Shown here in pieces: positions 32,501 through 42,290 of a stretch of DNA of 64,000 nt. Below the pieces are notes generated by a model. It was given only the letters and a program-made list of their open reading frames with translations, was not told the DNA's origin and made no database searches. The position numbers and the translations under genes were made by a program. Every line of letters starts with the position of its first letter. Position 1 is the stretch's first letter. The DNA comes from Epithemia pelagica. Its lineage: Eukaryota; Protista; Bacillariophyta. Location: assembly GCA_946965045.2 (NCBI GenBank), contig OX337231.1:3286001-3350000 (forward strand), given 5' to 3'.

Positions 32501-34177
32501 CAGAGCAGTTACGGTGGTAGCACTATCGGAGAGTCGTCTCTCCGATCACAAATGGTGAACAGCAATGGAGAAGGTTCTTCAATTGTTGGTGCTGGACCTG
32601 GTAGTGTTGGATGGCAGGCACCCGAAGTCATGGTCGTGCGAATGAATTCGTCAGATATGAGTGCTCGTTCGGAGAGCAGTGCGGCTGGTAATGCTGACTC
32701 AAATCCCGACATTTCGTCGTCTCCCCTTGATTCTGTGGCCAGGACGATTCGCTCCGTCGATATTTTCTCCTTGGGTTGTATCTTCTTTTCCACACTGGTG
32801 CCGGGTTCCCACCCGTTTGGAGAATGGTACGAACGCGAGGCCAACATCATGCATAACAGACCCGAACTTGATGCGTTGCGTGAGATATCTGTGGAAGCTT
32901 TTGATTTAGTATCGTCAATGATTGAGAGGAACCCATCTTTAAGACCAACGGCCACACAAGTTTGTGATCACCCGTACTTTTGGTCTTCAGAGCGTCGTCT
33001 TTTGTTCCTCTGTGGATTTTCGGATCGCTTAGAAAATGAAGGAATGGGAATCAACACCGACGAAAACACAAACCCTGCATCTAGCTATGCGAAAGTTGTG
33101 GCCGTAGAACGGAATGCAGTTAACGTGGTTGGAACGGGTTGGGACACACTCCTTGACGACGATCTGGTCAACAATGTACAACGCTTCCGGACGTACGATC
33201 CCTCATCGGTTCGTGATCTTTTGCGCCTGATTCGTAACAAGTATCATCATTTTGAAGAACTCCCCGACCATCTGAAGACGCTTATGGGCTCCAAAACAGA
33301 CGGACTCTCCATGTACTTTGAGGCACGATTTCCCTCGCTCTTGATTCACTGCTTCAAGGTATGCAGCGAAATCCTTCCGTCGGACGATCCCTTTGTTGTT
33401 AAATATTCTATCCCCATGAAGCAAAAGGAAAAGTTTTTGGATCTAAAGACATCCACCATTCCCGAAATACCGGTGAGATCTCCCACACCAACAAGTTCAA
33501 CTGTGCCCTCTTTGCAACCGGAAGGACATCCTATCGAATCCATCAAGGAAGATTTTGTCACCGTTGAAGAGACGGACAATGACACTGTTAAAGCGAAGAG
33601 TAGCCCTATGGAAACTCAAGATTCTGTTGCGGAATTACGGTGTTTCCCTGTTGTTGACAGTTCGTTGGATGGATACTCCTCTTTGATTGAGAAAGAATAT
33701 ATGTCATCCACCGACGCAGGGGATGTCATAATCTGGGAATGCAGCACTGCAGCCAAAACATTCAACAATCGGGGCTGGTCTCGCTCTGATGATGATTGGG
33801 TTCGTCGTACAGATGCCTCTCTTCGCAAACCAAACGTGAATCTCGTGAGGTGTATGGACGACCCGAAATTCCGGACGCGGCTTTGTAACCATTGGGATGC
33901 CAGTTGTGGAACTTCTTGTCCCATGCGGAAAAAGGGGAAATGTGTGTTTGCCCACGGTCCAGTGGAATTGCGTGTCAAAGAAGCCAAACGAAATCGATGG
34001 GGCAAACTCGTGGACAAGAACGGTGACAACAAGAACCCAAAACACTCTGGAGGGGAAGACACGTATGGAGCCGCCCGGACCATCGAGACGGAGCGGAAAC
34101 AAGAAGGCAAATGGAATGTTGACAAAGGAACCAACAACAAGGGAAAGAAAGGATCTGCTATGAAAAAGAAAGAATAA
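29579..34177 (+). CDS. IRE1: IRE1 ER-stress kinase/endoribonuclease with a C-terminal CCCH zinc-finger extension
   Basis: Luminal PQQ-like domain ('IVIVSTADGHLMGLSKATGELVW'), TM helix and kinase domain ('LGYGGHGTVVYEG', 'VAVKRM', 'ESDGHPNVVRYF', 'HRDLKPANIL', 'ISDMG'). KEN RNase motif 'DLLRLIRNKYHHF'. C-terminal 'RLC..WD...C......C.FAHG'. Start codon uncertain. Confidence 0.93.
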   Translation: MRSKAFPNSSCEGNGLPITSDRNWKEEECNDIQEILDKHELRRSKISSDLSLAKEKTGDGKHDINSNSSSSKHSSRHRVLQTLLVLGMTLLHQQKATSAVVAAAAASEHPSSATTELLHDARGTIQVETTDHEKEEDDDFFVTTHDDMEDEDFSSSFSTDDSFDTDDVDESTPSPSNIVIVSTADGHLMGLSKATGELVWTQKKGSPNDSVKGESNFHTSSSKTASSNPQSTTLSESSSLALLEPLVTTTTTAQSFSTRDWRTAAVPSLDGKTVYLTAHVSEPNHRDRSSNEDTSRGSSSSSSSLPEVTVTTSIPDLVDRAPFVDNRGRIYNGARTSIAVAVDGKTGEILKVVSTNGELGSSLRNESLFDGKEFEEDESDEQSSGGKKKKRRRNVVWMGRVDHTISIHEPRSGDLDVQFSAGEIKSVRDMILGQTVPEVQPPWEDASSDAAAHLFLSTGDSLSATRQDTTSDPTSLWNAVTTTPSSRDMETCLVATPNGNLAFRNPTTGEFDWVSPVRFDAPVAFALDADSGVSLPIDIVPDASLASNDYSDYLTREIHRQYTNLLADTSSSSTGNHHRINVAKPDPLVGTLPRNGQLFAMPLGRNSLRFQARRQALLSSSSSSTASALHSKPPATTSPLDTALALVNGRHTASYELPSWSSGASGRPCQAGMANFPSCLVASNQDSLNNFLGESDKTKTTTDLVPFASHDSWSHHFNTVVDPPPTPVHAKPPPRKKYQQILRILGSWLPPTLAMIFVVSFELGRRKRQKDQNQRKDSTGPKSDSANPSGVIQVNQNVILGYGGHGTVVYEGSLEGRKVAVKRMLQTYHASADREISLLIESDGHPNVVRYFLKEVRGDFVYLALELCDLSLHELIGHMSAAFDLMQKENWFEKGNMAIPNAVRSVLLQIASGVKHLHRLRIVHRDLKPANILLADSRKSRRKSDMQESIFEIFSQGDYVAKISDMGLGKQIVGQSSYGGSTIGESSLRSQMVNSNGEGSSIVGAGPGSVGWQAPEVMVVRMNSSDMSARSESSAAGNADSNPDISSSPLDSVARTIRSVDIFSLGCIFFSTLVPGSHPFGEWYEREANIMHNRPELDALREISVEAFDLVSSMIERNPSLRPTATQVCDHPYFWSSERRLLFLCGFSDRLENEGMGINTDENTNPASSYAKVVAVERNAVNVVGTGWDTLLDDDLVNNVQRFRTYDPSSVRDLLRLIRNKYHHFEELPDHLKTLMGSKTDGLSMYFEARFPSLLIHCFKVCSEILPSDDPFVVKYSIPMKQKEKFLDLKTSTIPEIPVRSPTPTSSTVPSLQPEGHPIESIKEDFVTVEETDNDTVKAKSSPMETQDSVAELRCFPVVDSSLDGYSSLIEKEYMSSTDAGDVIIWECSTAAKTFNNRGWSRSDDDWVRRTDASLRKPNVNLVRCMDDPKFRTRLCNHWDASCGTSCPMRKKGKCVFAHGPVELRVKEAKRNRWGKLVDKNGDNKNPKHSGGEDTYGAARTIETERKQEGKWNVDKGTNNKGKKGSAMKKKE

Positions 34178-34274
34178 AGGCTTTAAACGGAATGATGGAG
34201 CGATTCACCCGGTACCAATTCATCCTTTTCCCCTAAGACAAAAATAACAATTCATATCCACGTGTCATCGTCTC

Positions 34275-35574
34275 TTATATAGCTGCGATCTCGAGACCTG
34301 TAACGGCAATATCAATCAAATTGTGGGCAACACTTCTCTTATTCACAAAGGACCGCATGGGTAACGGTTTTCTTACGACAGATTTTGCAGTTTCTGATTG
34401 TGGAGGCATGTCATAGAGGGTAGCAACGAGCATCGGTGCTTCTTGTTGTCTCGGTTTGCTGTTGTAACTTACAGTGTTGTTGTCTGGTAAAACCCCTTCC
34501 CGATCAGCCCTTTTATAGTCGGCCGCACTCACACGGTTCTCCAAGGACCAAATTCCCTTTTGTTCTTTTTTTGCCATGGCAATGGCCTTTTCCAATTCGT
34601 CTCGCTTTCCAAAGTATTCCGCCCCACCACCCGTGTAAAGTTCGGCAAGCCCCGCTCGTGCCAGTTCCAGGGACAAATCTTTGGGTCCATACCCAGGAAG
34701 CAGGGACGAAACGATTCCTTCTTCCACCGTCTCGACTTGTGACACGGCACGTTTGTACTGATCTTTGCGCAAAAATGTAATCTTGACCATTTTGTGGTAC
34801 ACCAAATCGGTGGTAAAGGCTTCTGCTTCCTTGCCATAGGGTTGACTTGTTTTGCGTTTGTTTTTCCCAGTCTCTAGAATTATGCGAGAAACAAAATTAG
34901 CGAGTTTTCCTATTGTGTATTGACATGTGGGCTTTCCCACATACATACGCACCTGGTGTATCGACTCCATAGATTCGAATGCTCAGAGTATCTCCCGAAA
35001 TTCCTCGTTTCTCGAGGGGTTGTGGAACTTTGCGACCATATCCATATCCTGGAACATGTCGTACGCGAATGGTATCTCCATCAATGACTCGTTCCACAAA
35101 GGCATAGATATACCGTTGATTGTCAAAATACTCTTTGGGGACATCGTCAACGGTCAAAAACTGTGGCAGCAATTCAAAAAGGACAGGATCAGGATCGGTC
35201 GACAAGGACGACGTTGCAGTTGCGGCCCACGCCGCCATTATGGAATCATTGGCGACATTTGTTGTTGTTCTTGTCGGAATGAAGTTTTGGGACACGAATG
35301 GCTCCATTGTGGAGGAACCGGCAGCAATCGCAATCGTGCCCGCTTTTTGAAACAATTGTCGGCGACCATGATCTGGCATGTCATTATGATTCTCATCATC
35401 TATTGGAATGTCTCTATGAGGATGCATCCAGAAAGGACTACTACGCATTGGGGCTACTGCATGAAATGGTTGAAAGGCGGTAGTCCATTTGGGCGGATGG
35501 AGACAGACCAGCCATAGGAGAACACTGGTTGTCGATGCCGCAAAGGTAACAGCCTCCAAGAAATCAGATAACAC
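34275..35574 (-). CDS. Staphylococcal-nuclease (thermonuclease) domain protein, plastid-targeted; intron 34952-34874
   Basis: 'VIDGDTIRV', 'IRIYGVDTP|E', 'QPYGKEA', 'DQYKRAVS' and 'LARAGLAELY'; the catalytic residues appear intact. Targeting peptide 'TTAFQP'. The 5' end/ATG is unresolved, so an upstream exon is possible. Confidence 0.82.
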
Positions 35575-35966
35575 GCATGTACACGTCAGAAGATGGAACG
35601 AACGCCATTCTCACAACATAGAATGTTCCTGCATGTCTGACGTGTGGTCGAGGAACCACGCAACAAATGACGACAAGGCAAATATTTTCAGCTAGCGAGA
35701 CATACCTTTGGTAACAAGGACCACCAACACATGTGAAATACCAACACTACGAAACGCCTGTTCATGCAGAGATTATTGCAGCAAAAGCGACAAAGAGGAG
35801 AGAGGTTGATGTGCCGCACAACCGAAGAATGGACACGACGAGAATGTGAATTTGGTTTCTTCAAAAAGTGGCGATGGATTCCTTTAACGTCTGTAACCGT
35901 CGAACAGCGTTCCAGTCGCGCATCGGCCTCAGGACAGTACCCTTCGGGATGGAACGGCTGAGTTCA

Positions 35967-36757
35967 GGGCCTGTGTCCAGGGAATGTGTTTTTGAGTTCT
36001 GAAATCGAGTTTCGAGTTTCGAGGTTGAGCCAATAGGTTATGGTCCCCTTGAAAACTCGAAAACACAACCTCGAATCCCCCAAATCTTGGCAATCCCCCA
36101 ACGACCTTGCCAAGATTCTGAAATCGAGTTTCGAGTTTCGAGGTTTGCAAAGAGCCCCACGCGCTCCTACAAAACCCACCTTTCAGCCGCCGGGCTTTCT
36201 GTCTCTCATTTCGATCTCTCCGACAACAACAACGAGGCAATCTCTCTTGTCCATCATAGACAATAGTAGCACAATGATTGATGTGATATAAGTAGGAGCT
36301 TCTCTAGAAAATAAGCAAGTATTATTAACCTGTCGCTGCCATGGAAGTAATGGTCACAACCACTGTCAATGGTCAAAAGAGCAAATAGTTCTCATCTCTC
36401 CATAGATGACATGGTTACGGAACAAAGCCCGCATCCTGCTCCATGGACGGGCTCTACAAATATTCTACCTTCTCACGTTATGCAATGTGATATTAGGAAT
36501 TAGGAGTACTCAAGCGACATTTGTTTGTCGTCATTGTCAATTGCCGTTGTGCTCGTTCATGCGCCGGTAGGAGGGAAGCATGGGAGTGCACGAGTATTGA
36601 AAAATAAAACTCGAAACTCGAAACTCGAAACTCGAAAATACAGTTTTTACCTGGACACGTACATCCAGATCGTTGTTTCAAGGTAGGGACAGAGCCCCAC
36701 CTCAAAACTCGAAACTCGATTTCAGACCTCGAAAACACATTCCCTGGACACAGGGCC
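35967..36757. mobile_element. PIF/Harbinger-type MITE (791 bp, TCA target-site duplication, ~60-bp TIRs)
   Basis: TCA(35964-35966)|GGGCCTGTGTCCAGGGAATGTGTTTTTGAG ... CTCGAAAACACATTCCCTGGACACAGGGCC|TCA(36758-36760). Many subterminal CTCGAAA/TTTCGAG motifs. Confidence 0.88.
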
Positions 36758-38040
36758 TCAGTGATCACGCAAAACGCAACCAGAGTGTTGAGTGTTGAAG
36801 TTCTACTTGACTGTTTTACACTTTTAAGCTTAAATTAACAACTTTTAACTTTTTTCATGAAAGTCAAGTCAATTTCCAGCCGAGATCCCATGACTTTTCT
36901 CTTTTCTCAGTGAAATCAAGTTGGACAGCACCACATTTTCAACTTTGACTTAACGTTTTTCATGAAGTCAAGTTCTGAACTATGACCTTCCAACGTCAGC
37001 GTGAGCTGCGACTTCTACCATTACTCGTATCTCGAATCGTGGAAGTCAATAATATCTTAGTTTCTGACTTCTGACTTTAACGCCAATCGTAAAGAACGGG
37101 TTTTAAGCTTATCAGAGTATCAAATAGCTGTGTCCCATAAATTTTATGGGAGTCAACCAGATGCTCGAATTTGCTGTCTCCCATGCGAGCGCCTTAACAG
37201 AGGCTGTTTTAACCTTAAAACACAGGTCTCATCGAATTACAATGGCCCCCTCCGTCATACAAGTGGCACCTAGTCTGTGATGGTGGCACCTAGTCCATGA
37301 TGGTGGCACCATGATGTGACCATGATGTAGCGACCATGATGTAGTGATACGAGAAGTCAACAAAATAACTCTTCACATTTACAAATCTCTGTTTATTCCT
37401 ATCTACTGTTGTTCTCACAATCCATGGATTTCTGTCGTTTCGTCGTCCTCACCATTATCGTTGTTGTCTCGTGTTTTGTTCTCGTCTTCTTCCATATTGC
37501 TGTTGTCGGCAGTCCTTCTCCTCTTTCTTGTGTATATCCGCCTCCTCATCATCAGCTTCCTCGGGTACTGTTGTACTGGCTTCAGGTGCAAGGTTGGTAG
37601 CACCTTGGACGGGTCGCTTGGCATCTGGGATCGATATCTTGGACGGGTTGCTCGGCATGTGGCTCGATGAGCCATCGCGACGAATCCAGTTGCGCCGACT
37701 CACGGTTGCATTTTCCGCAGGGAAGGGTCGGAAGGACATTTCCTTTGGTCAAGGCCTTCTTTGCCATATAGACTTGCAGAATGGAGAGTCCTGCAACAAT
37801 CGGTGCAGATGTCACATATATAAAGGGTACTAAAGTTGGGGCTCAGCCGATGGAAGACGTAAATGAGTGAAAATGAGGAAAATCACCAATTTTTCAAGTT
37901 CAAATATCAAGCTCATGAGTGGATCTTTACTGTAGACTATCATATATGAAGTTGTTCAGAATTCTAAGATCTATCGAACGATGAAGTCAGATTTGGATGA
38001 AAGTGAATTTTGATGAAGTTAATGGAAGTCAAAGTTAAGG

Positions 38041-38090
38041 GAGTAGCGCATAGCTGTCTCCCATATATGGGAGACAGCTATGCGCTACTC
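38041..38090. repeat. Perfect 50-bp palindrome
   Basis: GAGTAGCGCATAGCTGTCTCCCATA|TATGGGAGACAGCTATGCGCTACTC is its own reverse complement. Confidence 0.95.
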
Positions 38091-39230
38091 GATTACGATT
38101 GGCGTTAAGTCGACTTTTCTTTCTGAAAAAGTAAAAAGTCAATTTGCAGAACTTTTGTGGCAATTGAATTGGAACTCCATTGTTCCTTTTTCAAGAATTT
38201 GTTGAGTTTGTGTGTTCCAAGATCTCTAGTAGAGGTCGGTCCCGCAACAGCTCATCTCTGCTAGAGTGCGCTGGAGAGGTCTCTGCTGGAACTAGGTATG
38301 CGCATCCGCTGGAGATAAGACTACCTGTGCTACCATGATAAAAATGCCTAGCTAGGGGAGTACTCCTAGTAACTAGAGCACTTATCTTGGTGAGAGCTTT
38401 CCTTTCCAGTGGTGGAATAGTTGCTTGGTCTCCAGCAGAATCTTTTTGTTTTGTTGCCATGTCAATATTATCTCCTTTCAAGAATACACTGATAGGTGTC
38501 CTCTTACAGAACCTTCATTTTGGGGGTGTGCTTTGGACTGCTATCCATATTGCACTCTTCCACAGTTGAAGAGTCATCATTGTTATTGCAATCAGACACT
38601 TTGGAAGGCTGTGTGGAGCAAATGAATGACACAGAGTGACCAGTATGAAACAAACAAATGAGAAAGGATAAAAGTGACCAGTGCAGAGAAAAGAGTACGG
38701 TGACTAACGTATACACGCAACAGAAAATCTTTGCTGGGGATTCTCTAGCACTGGATCTCCAGCGCTGAAGATGCGTGACTGCTTACTGCTTACCGCAGAA
38801 CCAAGAACTGACTTCAAAGTTAAAAGCTGAGTTGACTTCATTTATGGGCTGCCAACCCGTAATTTGCAAATTCCTGACCCCCCATAGCCCTGGACCCCCA
38901 TTTAACTTCAGCGTACATCGCTCCCTCAATTTTTATCTGTAGGCTCTTGACCAACTATAGGGTTACCCCCACATTCCTCACTCCTCACGTTCAAGCCTTT
39001 CTATCGCAATGGCTCACATCTCACATAAGACGGGAGAGAATCAAAGAGGAGAAACAAGAGATACCACATGATGGGTATTGTAATTAGGGTTAAGGCTGCG
39101 CCTCGAAGCATAGCCTTTCTGGATTCTAGTTCATCCAACCCTTCTTTACACCCCCGATGCTGAACATGAACGTTACTATGAAATTTAATGATTGAAAATT
39201 GCCGGCCCCCAAAGTCGATTCATTTGCTTT

Positions 39231-40230
39231 GGATGATGGGCAGACGACTATGTCATTCATGACTGAATCCAAGACTCAGATCCAATTTGCGATGGATACT
39301 CCAATGGAGTCGACTTGGACTCCAGAGATACTAGGGGTAGCTATGATGGCAACCAAATTGGAGTCGACATGGATTATGCTTGATGCAATCAAGTAGGAAT
39401 CTAATAGATGCGTGGGACCTATTGTACTCAATCCTAGCTACCAAGAGATTGCTGCTTTCCTACCAAAACCAATTGGTGACAGAATCACCAGCATTTAGGT
39501 CCGGATCTACTCCTATCTCTTCTGAGTGTAGCTAGTGCCTTCTTTCTGGGTGTGCCCATTACGGGCGAAAACGTACCATTGGGCACATAGTTTCAACTAG
39601 ATAGAACTCAACCAATATTAGACCTACGGCAACATGTAGATGCTCAAACTTTTTCCTTAACACATCCTCTGTCACCATTGGATACTCCATGACACCCATC
39701 TATGACATATCTAGGTCATATGAGGACCTCCATTGTGCTCAATTTTAGGCATGTGGGCACACTTGGAATCCAATGTGATATGTCATAGATGGGTGTCATG
39801 GAGTATCCAATGGTGACAGAGGATGTGTTAAGGAAAAAGTTTGAGCATCTACATGTTGCCGGAGGCCTAATATTGGTTGAGTTCTATCTAGTTGAACTAT
39901 GTGCCCAATGGTACGTTTTCGCCCGTAATGGGCACACCCAGATAGAAGGCACTAGCGGTCTACTAGATAGCATAGCTACTCACTACTCATACAACCAACC
40001 GAATGTGATTCGGATGATGGGCAGACGACTATGTCATTCATGACTGAATCCAAGACTCAGATCCAATTTGCGATGGATACTCCAATGGAGTCGACTTGGA
40101 CTCCAGAGATACTAGGGGTAGCTATGATGGCAACCAAATTGGAGTCGACATGGATTATACTTGATGCAATCAAGTAAGAACCTAATAGATGCGTGGTCCC
40201 TATTGTACTCAATCCTAGCTACTGAGAGAT
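39231..40230. repeat. ~219-bp direct repeats (39231-39449, 40012-40230) enclosing a long foldback inverted repeat (arms 39531-39711 and 39777-39956, 65-nt loop)
   Basis: Manual alignment: the direct repeats differ at about 7 positions, and the inverted arms differ by 3 substitutions and 1 indel. Confidence 0.9.
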
Positions 40231-40672
40231 AGCACAGCTATGTTTGGCTAGGTGTTAGTGACATAGTTGCTACTCTCACTAGAGGACGTGGGGAGATGTT
40301 TCGTGGGTTGGTTCGTTGGGCGTGATTCTGACGTGGAACAGCGTGGTGAAATGGTTTTTATTTAATGGATTGATAAAACAATGGATGACCGTTCTTCGAT
40401 CATTGTTTTCTTCGGGGCTATATGGTTTTGAATAGGGGTTGGCCCGGCGTTTTTTGCCGAACATGGGAAGGTTTTGGTGTAAAGTACTGAATTTCGACTC
40501 TTGAGCTAAAAAAGTTTTTTCTAGTCTTTGATGTTTTTCCACCCCCAGACCCCCTTAGCCTGCCGGCTTACCCGACACGTTCATTCTGAACTCAGTGGAA
40601 CAGACGGACACGCATATTTCCGACCATCCAAAAAATTTTTCTCGTGTGGTGCATGTCTCATTTTTTTGCACC

Positions 40673-41938
40673 ATGAGCACCGAGCAAGGACAAGCGGCTA
40701 ATAGTCCAGGCGACCCGCAAGGGTCGAGCCAAGAAAGCCATGTGGAAGGGCTACGACGCCTTGCCTTGTCCCTGCGAGAAATGGATGCGGCGTCGACATT
40801 TTCCTTGTCGCACTATCGTCAACTTCCCGAGGCTATCTCCCAAGCACGGGAGCTCTTACAGGCGGGAGCCACCTTGGTAAGAGGGACGGCCACCAAGTAC
40901 ACGTTACTGGGCAAAATCGATCTGAACGAACAAATCGAAATGACACAAGACTTGATGAAGGGCTGTCAGTTTGTAGCGACAGGTTGTGTGTTGATTCATG
41001 AACCATCTTTGGGATGCAGTCGAGCCTTTCGACGGCACGTCAAACAAGCGAGTCGTGCCATTGTCGAAACTGTCATACAATTAATGACGGCCTTTTTGGA
41101 CGAAACCGCTCTGCAAGAAGAGACTGCTGCAGCTCAAAAAACTGGCATTGTGTGGCAAGCCTGCGATGTGATTCTTGAAAAGAAACTCCCCATGGGCAAT
41201 CGCAACGCCATTCGACGTGATTTGTTCACCTACATGATGGAATGTCAAGAAACTATGGAGGAATTTCAACAACTTGTTGAATTAGGGCCAGCCTCCCCTA
41301 GAGAAAATACAGAGGAATTATCACCAATAAATGAAAATGGCAAGGACAACACGGAAGAAGATACGAATGAAGCGGCAAAGAATGAAGACAACAATGCGGC
41401 ATGGGAACGTTTCTTGTCTGGACACGACCAACAATACACGGCAGCGGAAATTCCCGTGGCAACGGCATGTCTGACAATTGTGAAATGCTCGAGAGGATCC
41501 ATCAATCTGACCCTTCAGACCTGTGAAGCTGTAGCGGCACAAGTCCAAGAAAAAGAACCCAAACAATCTCTTTCGGACAAGGCTCGCCTTGAATGGCTGG
41601 AACGATTGTACCAACTAGCCTGTAAGGTTGGTGATGGAATGACCGATTTTGGAACCAATTTGTATCCACCACTGGATTTACAAACCCTGCCTCAAGACAT
41701 TGAAGCGCAATCTGTGAATTGCATTTCTCCACTTTTGGATGCCGTCTTGGATGGATGTACATTAGAGGATGGGTCCAAGGCAGAGCTGCCTGAAGATGTC
41801 GTGACACTGGCCAGCAAGCTAAAGGCAGCAATTCAAAATCGACGTCAAGAGGCCCTGGACTTTGTAGTCGTTGCGAGTGGTTCAGAGGCCGCGGAAGTGA
41901 CAGACTCTGTAAATACAAGCGGAGAAATAGCAAGTTGA
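40673..41938 (+). CDS. GCIP (Grap2/cyclin-D-interacting, CCNDBP1-like) domain protein
   Basis: 'GTATKYTLLG', 'QKTGIVWQACDVILEKKLPMGNRNAIRRDL', 'ECQETMEEF' and 'DGMTDFGTNLYPP' follow the GCIP pattern. Confidence 0.75.
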   Translation: MSTEQGQAANSPGDPQGSSQESHVEGLRRLALSLREMDAASTFSLSHYRQLPEAISQARELLQAGATLVRGTATKYTLLGKIDLNEQIEMTQDLMKGCQFVATGCVLIHEPSLGCSRAFRRHVKQASRAIVETVIQLMTAFLDETALQEETAAAQKTGIVWQACDVILEKKLPMGNRNAIRRDLFTYMMECQETMEEFQQLVELGPASPRENTEELSPINENGKDNTEEDTNEAAKNEDNNAAWERFLSGHDQQYTAAEIPVATACLTIVKCSRGSINLTLQTCEAVAAQVQEKEPKQSLSDKARLEWLERLYQLACKVGDGMTDFGTNLYPPLDLQTLPQDIEAQSVNCISPLLDAVLDGCTLEDGSKAELPEDVVTLASKLKAAIQNRRQEALDFVVVASGSEAAEVTDSVNTSGEIAS

Positions 41939-42290
41939 TGGATGCACGAGATAGGGACAAAAACAAAGTTGAATCCATTCCGAGAAACGATTGAGAGAAG
42001 GTTGTTGAAGGCCGTCGGCACAACTGCTATATGATACAAATCATCATTCCGGCCACAATGGTGCATCATGGTTTCCGGTGGAGTTGAAGAAGGACAAGAA
42101 AGATTAATATCTTATCTCGAACAGTAATAATGCTAGGACACCAGTGTTTACCCTACAACAAACATTTTCTCTTCGCTTGAAGGAATATTTTCATTCTGAT
42201 TATTGTCATTCTATCTTATCGGTTTAGATACACTGAACTTTTACGACGCCGAATCTTTATTGGAGGCAAACAATAACAATAGAGGGGACA

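Noticed and set aside
39231-40230. Calling the direct repeats LTRs of a retrotransposon
   Set aside because: No TG...CA termini, primer-binding site, polypurine tract or TSD could be identified, so it is kept only as an unclassified structure.
40279-40542. 87-aa minus-strand ORF and the short ORFs at 39199-39396 and 39789-40043
   Set aside because: Alternative or weak starts, no motifs, and located in repeats or the GCIP-gene promoter.
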